DNA of 63,997 bases, counting the filler. It is 11 parts of 11 records of this genome, joined end to end, with 100 filler letters (N's around TTAATTAATTAA, not from the genome) between each part and the next. Parts side by side here need not be neighbours in the genome. Positions count along the whole stretch, not along the records: positions 51,549 to 54,937 come from SRR9188676_954; positions 55,038 to 61,556 come from SRR9188676_968; positions 61,657 to 63,997 come from SRR9188676_973; 8 more parts are not named here. One strand, given 5' to 3'. This document shows positions 53,716-63,997 of the stretch, in pieces. Numbering within the stretch: the stretch's first letter is position 1; every line of letters starts with the position of its first letter. Below the pieces are notes generated by a model. The model was not told the DNA's origin. It searched no databases and worked only from the letters and a program-made list of their open reading frames with translations. Made by a program: the position numbers and the translations under genes.

Positions 53716-55252
53716 CGTCGAGAGACGGTCAATATGGCACGAACGGAAAAACAACCTTTCTTTTAATCTCTCCGAAACTACCGAAACACGAAACACCGAA
53801 AAACGAAAATGAAATGTACTTCGTTATAGGGGCATTTATTAGCTTAGATTTTCTGCAATATCTTTTTAAATACACCCCCTATCAGGATTTACGTGGAGAG
53901 ATCTCTTCACGATAATCACTCCGATTACCGACTAACTACCGACACGATTTTCAGACCGATTATGTTCTCTTCGAGACCGAGAAAGTCGCTAGGATTCATT
54001 ACTTGATTCTGCGGTTCTAACTCTGCCGCTTGTTGTAGTGGATTTCAGAGATCCAGATTTGAAGCACACGATGATGATCGTCATCCGCATGAGATCTTCT
54101 CGGAAATCAGCATGAACCAACCGAAAACACATGCGGCTATCAAACCATATTTCTACACCATATTCTGATCGTACTTGAGCTATGCGTAAGATCTTATTCG
54201 TCAAAATTCGTCGCGATCGACATTCATGCTTCTTCCTCCGTTCTTCCACTAGGTCATAGTCATACGGACAGTCTGGAACGAGGAATTCAGGAATGTGATA
54301 AACATGATACTAAAAACCTTCAGATGTATATCCATCATTCCTCCTTTATCATCCGTGAGTCAAGAAATCAGTCGACGAATCATCCACGCAATAAGAAGAC
54401 AGAAGGAAGGAGTGAGAAGGAGGAGTACTTAGTAGCTATTTAGTATTTCTTAGCATATTCGCGATACCATCCCATAAAATGAGATTTGACAAAGTAAGAT
54501 TCAAAATTACGACCTGGTGTACAAAGGAATGCCTGAATGCAATGGGGGAGCGAAGATAAAATATCAATCAAGTCAAGCAGCAGAAAAATGTTGAACTGTT
54601 CGTTGTTACCACTGTTACCTAGATAGATATCCTCGTGTAGCGTATAATAGTCTGTATGGATGACACTGGAATGATGTGAATAATGCTAGGAACCTAGACT
54701 AGGAGTTTGTCTGGACATAGTTATAGCATTTCGTGCAGGATCTCTGTGTGCCTGTGCCGGCCTGGAATACCGCGGGGTAGGACACTCGGCAGGAAGAGCA
54801 GTCATCGCACAGGACCCGGCCGCACAGTCTGACAGGGGAAAGGAAAAAAGAAGGAAAATTGGTTGAAACCAAACAAACACTGAAATTTGGGTAATTTGGC
54901 GGGAAATTGTACCGTTGAAGAAGTATCCGACAGAGACNNNNNNNNNNNNNNNNNNNNNNNNNNNNNNNNNNNNNNNNNNNNTTAATTAATTAANNNNNNN
55001 NNNNNNNNNNNNNNNNNNNNNNNNNNNNNNNNNNNNNTTAACGTGGATTAGAAATACAATAAAAGCAAGATGGGGAGACGGAATGACAAGAATATGTCCA
55101 ACAATGACATTCGAAGTGCAACGTGTTACCAAAATCATTCGATATCTAAAGCTCACATATGGATAGAACATGAGAAATGATAATCGATGCCCTTAGATCT
55201 GCGAGTTACCTACAAATGACATTATTCTAGCCTATGTCCACCGAGTGGGTAC

Positions 55253-58200
55253 CTGACGAGGACATCGAGCTCGGCGAGGCGGTCACTCACGTCCTCAATC
55301 AGCGGCACATATGAGGCAACAACGTCAATGGCCTTGTCGACCAGCCCCTGTCCATACGTCCATAGAGAAATAAATAAGCTCAGAAATTATCCAAATCATT
55401 AGAAATACATCAACAACTTTTTGGATGAGGCAACAATAAAAACAGTTACAAAGAGGGGACGAAGAGTCAGTTTCTCGGTCAGTTCGTGTCCAAATCCTAC
55501 TAGATATAACCAAAACGTCACAAATATCGGTCAGAGAAGAGGAATGGATCCCATAAACTCATCCAATCCCCCCACACACATCCAAAGACAGGAGTGGAAC
55601 GCATGATCTCACGGATGAATCTGGATTCAGCAAGAGTATGGGTCTCATCAGGAGCTCCTCTACCAGACAAGTTTCCCTTCACATCCTTACATGCGCAGTG
55701 TATGGTGTTACACTGCATCAAAATTCCAAATAGTAATTGCGCAAGATTTGACTCTCAGATGGGCGAAGTAGATGGAGAAACCGTGTAAAGGAAAGTTGAT
55801 GATGAAGAGACCTTTTGGTGTTTCTGATACTCGGCTTGCAGGGATGTGAGGTCGTTCGAGATGCTCCGGAGCGCACTGTTGGTGAATTTCACACCGTCTG
55901 GGAGATGAGGAGAGAGATAAATAAATAAATAAGCTCAAAATGAATAAAACATACGGACCTAAGAGTCATGAAACATAACTACGTACATACATTCTTACAT
56001 TCACACACACAAAGGCAGTAATATTGCGTCATTAGAGCGGACTGGAATGGCCCAAGTTCGAGTGTAGGGGACGCAGAGGTGTGCTCGACGTGGACGTGTG
56101 AAAATTATGACCGGTGTTCGTCGTGTTTCACTGGGAATGAGTCGGAATGGATAAATAAATTGTAAGGATTTGTCCGATCTTTTAGCGACCACAGACCGCG
56201 CAAGAATTCAGATGCAAGAATTCAGATGGGGATAATGAGAGTTGGAAAGAAAGGGTGTTGGAGTGAATTCATTCCTATCTGCGCTTTCATTTTTAGTGCT
56301 AGTCCATAGTGTGACGGTGGAAGTGTGCCTGTATGCTAGGCTGTAGCCAGTCCACAGTGTGTGGTTGTAATAGGATGTACCTTTTCGTGTGTCCAGCTGG
56401 GTGTACTTGTTCTTACTCCTGAGCACCTTCTCGTCCTTGCGTGTGATGCGGAAGAAGTACCCGAACTGCGTGTTGTTCTCCACCTTGACCGTCTCGATCC
56501 CCAGGTCCTGCTGGCAATCAGAAAGCGCATCATCAAGCTTCGACCTGCGCATAAAATTCAAACAGATGAGAAGAAATGTAGACAATACATAACGAAGCAT
56601 TTTAGGATTCGGATATTCACTTCACAACGTTTATGCTGTCGGATCTCATCTTTTGTTCGTTTCCTTTCTCCTGTATGTTTTCGGGATTGATTCGGGGTTA
56701 ACACAACAATTTTGTTTGCAAGCATCGGGGAAAACGGAGGCGTTCTCAATCCATACCGTAGCTCGTCGAGCTTCTCCCTGAGATCTCTGAGTGTCTCATC
56801 GAACTCAGCCTTGATGCAGTACTCGTGCCTGTCTGCTGCGTCGAGGTCGATGGTGTGCTCCACCATGTTCTGCAGGGTCTCGAAGTCGCGCGCGTCGTCC
56901 TCGAGCGGCTTCACGAACTTGCTCTCGATGAGCGCGGAGTGGTCGCCCTCGTGACGCTTCAGCGCAGAGATGATCGCCATCAGCCGCAGCGTGAACTTGT
57001 ACAGCACAATGCAGTCCTGCCGCAGCACAGAAGAACCAGGTTAATAAACGCAACTACTAGAAATAAGTGATCCCAAAGCAACACAATACAATGCCGTGTT
57101 ATTTTTGGTTGACACTTTTCCAGGAGTTAATAAAGTGTCATCATATCATATATTTGAATGGCCATATATCTTCCTAGCAGAGACCATTTTTCAGGTTCAG
57201 GATTCCATTTTTGGGTTTGCCCAGCTCACGTCTCGTCTGATAATAAAAAAAAAAACCTTGGAAATCATACTGTTCTCAACCTCTCATGAGACGTGCGTGC
57301 CCAATGCATGACAAGCACGAGCATGTGTGTCGGGCGAGTGCGAGCCAGACGTCGAGGGAAAGGGGTTTACCTGCAACGAAGCCTTTCTGCGAGCAAACTT
57401 CTTGGCGAGGCGGGACAGGTCGGGTGTGCGCTTGAGATGGTCCTCCTGCATGCTCTGGCGCAGCTCCGCGTCATTCCACAGAGCGTCAACCAGATCCTGA
57501 CGAGACTCGATCGCGGTCTGAAGATGCGGAGGAAGATAAGACGAGGAGAAATGTCAACAGCTATGACTTTCTCAGCTGTTAATTCTGACCATTGAGTTCA
57601 GACGGCGGAACAAGCAGCAGTGATATCCCCATGAACGTGCTTTCCCCCTCAAAAGTGTTCCAATTCCAAAATCTAATAACACCCTTCGGTCTGTTCAAGA
57701 GAAAGATTGTGCGGGTGTACCTTGTCAAGCAGAGGCTGCTTCAGCCAGGTGATGAGCAGGCGAGATCCCATGGCTGTGCGGCAATGATTTAGCACTCCAT
57801 ACAAACTCATCTACAGCAAGGAAAGAAAAGAGGCGTGTCAATAAGTCGGATGGCTGTTGATCGGCTGTATCAACATATAAGAATAGTATTCCACGTGGAA
57901 TAGTCGTGTTCGAAGAGAAATTGCCGAAGAACCCAAGGTCTATAAATAAATTTCACCTAAAGGTAAGAGAAACATTTTATGAGAGAAATATCGAGTGGTC
58001 GAAATCAAAGCAATCGGAACATGTGGTCCACATGGAGAGGGTTCACCTACGGTTTTGGCACTGTCCTGTGGCAGCGGGAGTAAGTTCAGAGCGCGCACGG
58101 CGGCGGCATCCAGGCGCATGAACAGCCGGAGGTTCACAACATGGAATGTGTACCCCCCCACTGCGGTCGGGTCTGACAACAAGTCAAGGTACTGTGCACG

Positions 58201-59867
58201 GAGAGTGATGACATATGATGGTAGAAGATGGTGTTTGTGAGAATAAGACAAGGCTGTGAGTCACGAAAATGAAAGATCGAGAGCTGGAGGAAGAGAAGGG
58301 AGAGGCAGAGTGGAAAAAGATCAAAAGAGATCCTAGAAAAGGAATCACCAAAGGGAAAACAAGGATCATTTCAAACAACGAAAACCACACAGAAGTCGAC
58401 AGGATCCAAATACATACCTTAATGAGAGCGGCCAAGCAGGGGATGGCACTCTTCATGTCCGACTCGGGGAAGGAAACGGGACTCGACACAAGCTTCGCAA
58501 GATCCTACAGATGAAGAAAAAATGAATATTATCATAAAAGTCGATCGGTTATTGAATCTGAACAGTGTTGGTGCACGAAGAAACGAAACAAAAAAAATGT
58601 GTTCTGAGCACGGACCTGTAGCACATCTGCAGACCTGAAGTCAGCTCTGGGCCTCACGGTGCGCACGACACCACACTTTGTCAGGACTTCGGCCAACTTG
58701 GCGCCTTCATAGTCCGTGCCTGTCGCGCTCCCGCTGCCGCCCCCACTCCCCATCACGATGCACTCCTTGGCTCCAAGCTGGATGATCGCAGCCTGTGATG
58801 GGCCACACAACCACAAATTGAATCAGTGCAGAATCAAATATGAGCGGATTTGAGGCGGAAATTGAAGTAATACGCTTGAGTTCAATCAGTTGAACAATAA
58901 CAAGCACAATAACAATAACAATAACGAGTACAATAACAAGTACCATACCTCGACATTCGTCAGGGCGTCATTATCAATGAAGCAGGTCACACCAAGCTTG
59001 CGGAGGGTGGCATCGGCATATCCCACGCCAACCTAGAGAGGAGGTGGAAAGGGACCAGATAGTTTCTTTAGCATCTGGACAAGATTTCTCCAAATGTGAA
59101 AATTTTCAAAACATCCGAAGCAGAGTGTCTGGATGGAAAGCTGAGAACAATGATATCGTCTCTGACCTGGAGTGTGCCTTTCTCGCCGTGTGTGATGGCC
59201 AATGCCAACACAACAGCCTTATCCATCATCCCATCCGCTCCGTCACCATCTCCGAAAAGCACATCTTCGAACGGTCCAAGATGTCCAGGAGAGGCCTGGT
59301 ATCATCAAAGAGAGAGTGAGCACAATGGACAGGAGAGAATTTCGGGGAAGCGACGAACCCATTTCTCGAGTTTATAATCGTTTGGTTTTCCGGGCAGAGC
59401 TTCCCACAGTTCCACCTTTTTGTTCTTTTGTAACAGCAATTCTTTCACAATGGCTTCAAACATGTGCTCGCTGACTGTCACGCTGCTGAGCTTCTTATCT
59501 CCCGATCCAAAATACTGAATTCAGAGTTAGTTCAAACACGAAAGTTAGACGCAAAAAAATAATACAGCGAACCTGGACAACAGAAGATGACTTGTAATAT
59601 TCCTGAGCCACGACCATGGCATTGTCACCATGCACAGAGAAAAAGCCCCCTGCGGCTCCCTTTCTGCGGAAGAACCGGAACAGATCGACATCCTAATCAT
59701 AGCGGAATTTCAAATGAGATTCATAAAATATGATTAAATGAAAAATAGAGAATCACCTGCTCGAGTTTTTTGAAGAAGGCACAAAAGCTTTGCTCGGTGG
59801 CACCATCGAGTTTCAGCTGAGGGGCGATCTTGGTTTGTTCTTGAGGTTCATTGGCATCATCTTCCAT
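55253..59867 (-). CDS. MSH2: DNA mismatch repair protein MSH2, multi-exon, 3' truncated before the ATPase domain
   Basis: LKLD...[95 protein letters not shown] in the correct order. Confidence 0.95.
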
Positions 59868-60371
59868 CTTTAAATTTTTGCCCACGAATCAGTTGAAAAA
59901 CTAGCAGGAAGAAAAAAAGCATTGTGTCAGAAGCGCTACGCGAACTTGATGCGAGATAATGAATGGTACTTGGAGTTGGCTGTTCAGGGATGAGCGAGGA
60001 TTTATACAACAGGTCAAATGAGCGTATAAAGAAGATATGGGTCAGAGTTGGAGAGGAATGATAATGTGACGAGGCGCGGACGAGATGAGGGGTACGAGGT
60101 AAAGTTGAATCGAGAAGCGAGTGAAAGAAAAGAGAGATCGAGCCCAATATTTACAGATTATAAGTACGAGTGTGATGTATAGATACATTTCGATGTTATT
60201 TTTTGATAGACTAAAGGACCGAACGGTGCATACCTCAGAGCGAAAGATTGTGCGATCGGTGAAAAAACGCGGGAAAAGTCAAGGGAAAGTTTAGAAATGT
60301 GTTTGCTTGTTTTGCCGGCCAGGATCTGATCTTCGCATCTTTCGAGGAGCTTCTAGAGCTTTGGATCGAAA

Positions 60372-60883
60372 ATGGCCGCGGTTTCAGATGCACTCCAGGC
60401 TTTTGTTCAGACATACAAGCAGACAACGCCGAAGAGAGTGAAGGCCATTGATGCTTTCCTCCTCTTCATCCTCTTAACGGCATTAGTTCAATTTGTATAC
60501 TGCGTTCTCGTCGGAACTTTCCCTTTCAATGCTTTCCTTGCGGGATTCCTGTCCTGTGTGGGCATGTTCATTTTGACTGGTAACATACAATATCAAATAT
60601 ACACTGCGTAAGTGGTTTACTAATTCTATTCTAAAATCCAGTGTCCCTTCGAGCCCAAGTGACGAAGCCCCAAGATTTCCATGGCATTTCCGCCGAACGT
60701 GCTTTCATTGATTATATTTGTATGTCTCTTCTTCCAATCTTTATTTCGGTTTAATTACCAATGATTCTTTTCAATGTGCTGATTGTCTCCTTTCTATTCT
60801 GATTGTCTCTTGTGATTTATTCCTCTGTGCTAATAGTCTGCAACATGGTTTTGCACCTCGTTGTCATCAACTTCATTGGTTAA
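60372..60883 (+). CDS. DAD1: Oligosaccharyltransferase subunit DAD1/OST2, join(60372..60579,60642..60719,60837..60883), 110 aa
   Basis: QFVYCVLVGTFPFNAFLAGF, ISAERAFIDY, LHLVVINFIG; two phase-1 GT-AG introns. Confidence 0.96.
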
Positions 60884-61344
60884 GCTCTCCAATGTGCCCG
60901 TGGGACTGCATTCATTAAACTTTGAAAATCAATCCGAATCGTTCATCGCTCCTCATCGCTTGCTCTCATGGTCCGTCGCTTTCTGGTTCACACTCGTGAT
61001 ATTTATCCCAGCTCATCCTAGCTTTCCCGCAAGCAGCTGTAGATCTTCTGCATCGTTTTTTCAGTTTTCAATATTGAGGGATGTCCGATTGGGTATTTTG
61101 GCTCTTTGCTGGGTGCTTGCTGGTCATTGCTGGGCACCAGGGCAATCAAGTTCAATCAGTTCATTTTGGCTGCAATTGAGAGTCAGGTGCCAGTAGAATT
61201 CTTAAGTTTGAATAGTGTCGTGATGTTGACTGTGATCAGAACGTATCAGACTGATCAGACCTGATCGATTGTCTTCATCTTTCATGCTATGCTGAGGGAC
61301 TGAGTGCTATTGAGGGAGAAAAAAAAAGGATTTTTTAATTTGTA

Positions 61345-61506
<162 letters not shown>

Positions 61507-62478
61507 TCATTGATAGGATAGGGTCAGGCTACATCACTCCTAAAAAGCTGTACGGANNNNNNNNNNNNNNNNNNNNNNNNNNNNNNNNNNNNNNNNNNNN
61601 TTAATTAATTAANNNNNNNNNNNNNNNNNNNNNNNNNNNNNNNNNNNNNNNNNNNNTTTTTGATTACGTAATAGGTGAATGACCCCTGTCGTGTTATCCG
61701 GCCGAATCCTGTTTCCTCTCATCGCTCTTGGTGTAGAGATGACTGATGATGATAAATCAAGACAGCTATTGTAATATCACAGTCCTAGAATCCTTATCCG
61801 GGAATCGCTGCATGAAGATATACTGTCCTGCTAAGTGAGCGTAAATCAAACGTCAATATTCGGATGAATGCGAAAATATTGGGGGGAAAATGCAGAGAAC
61901 GGAGAATATGTGATGGTTGGAGAAGATCGGGGCCAGCACCAGAGGAGTTCATGAGTTTTTGCAGAAATACCCACCCAAGCAGTTGCGACTATAACCGGGA
62001 TTTGTTTTGCTGGAGTGAGGACAAATAAAGGAAAGGAGGAAAGAGGAATTTAGTGGTTAGAAAGCTGATGAGAACATCGAGGGAAGGAGATGGTGGATCC
62101 ATACGAGGAGTGGCATCCATCTGCAATAGGAGGCTCTTTGGACTTTTTGATACCAATCCCAAAGTCATGCCATTCATTCCAAGAAATCAAAATTTCCCCA
62201 TCTGTGTTAAAGTTGAACTGACTGCGGGCCGGTGGGAAGTTCTCTCTCCGGTATTGCGTTGGCATTGGCTGTTGAGGTGAAGGTCCTTTATGAGTGCTTC
62301 GTAAAGGTGAAGAAGACATGCTGGTTTCAAGCAGAAACAAAAAAACAAGAAAGACGCTTGTCAAGCAGAAACAAAAAAAAAATCCAAAATTCCTGTCAGA
62401 TCACATGACAAGAGGGAATAGTTAAGGGGAGGGAAAATAGAAGGGGCAACAAAATATCGGGGAAGCTCAAGGGTCGAA

Positions 62479-62902
62479 ATGAAACTGAGATCGGGAGATG
62501 TGCGACGAAGTCCGATCATTATGATGATCGGAGGAAGTCTAGTATCGTTGCTATTCTTATATTATGTAGTTGGCTCTGTTGTATTGCAAATTCTTCCCTG
62601 GATCGAATGGGTCATGAATGAATTCTCGACGGAATGGTGCATCACGATCATTTTGCTTGGACATAGCATTTTCCCGATATTCATGATGTCATCTGCTGCA
62701 TTTGTATGGATGTCTGGCTCATTATTCGGTTACGCCGGGGGAATGGTTCTGGGTAATTTGACTCTCATTGAGATGATCCTCGATGTCATTTTTGACTCAA
62801 TTTTCTCCGATGTATAGCAATCATCGGGACAGGTCTTGGGATGACAACACCATTCATTATGGCGAGGACATTTCTCCAGGATCGTGCTCGACGAATTCTT
62901 CA
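62479..62902 (+). CDS. Eukaryotic TVP38/TMEM64 (SNARE-associated) membrane protein, first two exons; downstream exons not resolved
   Basis: FPIFMMSSAAFVWMSGSLFGYAGG...|AIIGTGLGMTTPFIMARTFLQ. Confidence 0.65.
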
Positions 62903-63997
62903 GGTCTGTGTTTTCCTTTCGTCAGTATGATTGGAATTAAGTCTATTAGCTGCTACTCTATTATTTCACTAACTTGTAGACATACATCGCAAATGCAAGT
63001 ACCATTCCCCGCACAATTTCAGACGGAAGGAGTATTTTTCGTTGGCCAATCTTTTTTTTTTTTATTATCGAGAATTACTGTATTGCAGGTCATCAATACA
63101 TGAACCATCGAATCTCGAAACCTGTCCAGTTTCTTCTTCAACTTTCTCCTCAAAAATCGATGAAAGCTGAAACTTTTCTCAGTTGACCTTCTGGAATGGC
63201 GTCACATGATGGCTTATAACGCCCACGAGCGTTTGTTCTGCCCACGAAGAATGTATCTTTGAGGGGCTTGAATGAATTTCTAATACATATCGTGAAAGAA
63301 CACAATATTCCACAATCGGAAGTGACGAACTGCAGTCGATACCACGACAGACACTTCACTGCAGTGCCGTCATGGATTGGGCACTATTTTCTTGTCCTTA
63401 ATCAGTTCTGTTGTTCAAAAAAGTTAGTCTGCGGCAGTCCTGGGTTCAACTCACGCAGTTTTTCATGTGATGCGGGTTTCATCCGCTCAATGCATTATGC
63501 GATTAATCCTATTTGCCAATGATTTTTTCCTGACCCTTCTGATGTACCCTCCTCGGTCCTCAGTTTATTCATTCTAGTGATTGTGGTAAGTTGTATTTTA
63601 GTTCATAGCACTGTTGGAGCTGGGCCACCTGAGCTTATCTGGTTATCTATCCATTGAGAAGTCGGTAGATTCTACCCAGTACGAGCTTGTTTATTTAGGT
63701 ATCTTGTGTTTTTTGAGTAGTGTTTTTCTTTTTATTTCTTCATCTTTTTTAATATTCCATTTGCATGTATAACAATGGGACACGTGGGATAACGTGTATC
63801 AGTGTCTGTAGTGGCATGGTGCCCACACTTCGGCAGAATTGTACACATTGGGGCACCCCTTCGGATAGGTTCCTCGTACATGATTTTAGCTATGTTCTAT
63901 AAAGATGTCCTCATCTTCACATATTCCTGTCGATCATTCCCAATAACACAATTCGATCCATTTGTGGAATTGTTGGGAGAGTTTAGCAATAGATTAT

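Noticed and set aside
53770-53960. Short CCGAAAC/CCGA repeats upstream of the antiporter gene
   Set aside because: Too short and irregular to call as a repeat family or promoter element.
62050-62364. 104-aa minus-strand ORF divergent from the TVP38 gene
   Set aside because: No motif or splice support; cannot be distinguished from chance.

Overview
This window is not one locus. It is 11 unrelated contigs joined by artificial 100-nt linkers (N44-TTAATTAATTAA-N44). Two contigs (8693-22328 and 36036-51448) are AT-rich bacterial DNA from a Bacteroidota, probably Cytophagales. They carry mostly housekeeping genes (RluB-type synthase, AraC, enoyl-CoA hydratase, acyl-CoA dehydrogenase, LytTR, dacB, PaaE-like reductase, cdd, SPFH, MFS, two M14 peptidases, hslV, Prx6, GH25, glycosyltransferases, pepP, hisS), plus a short accessory tail of orphan genes separated by REP-like palindromes. 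The other nine contigs are intron-containing eukaryotic DNA, probably from a protist. Manual splicing recovers genes that the ORF track misses or fragments: a cyclic-nucleotide-binding-domain/L-lactate dehydrogenase fusion (the most notable finding), a TPR co-chaperone-like gene head-to-head with a TANGO6/Rtp1 homologue, glutathione reductase with an intronless BTB gene nested antisense in a 2.5-kb intron, a secreted beta-propeller protein, two plant-type LRR genes, a CPA2 antiporter, MSH2, DAD1, the last exon of TPI and a TVP38 gene. No rRNA, tRNA, CRISPR array or intact transposase was recognised. All family calls come from motif recognition by eye; no database search was run.
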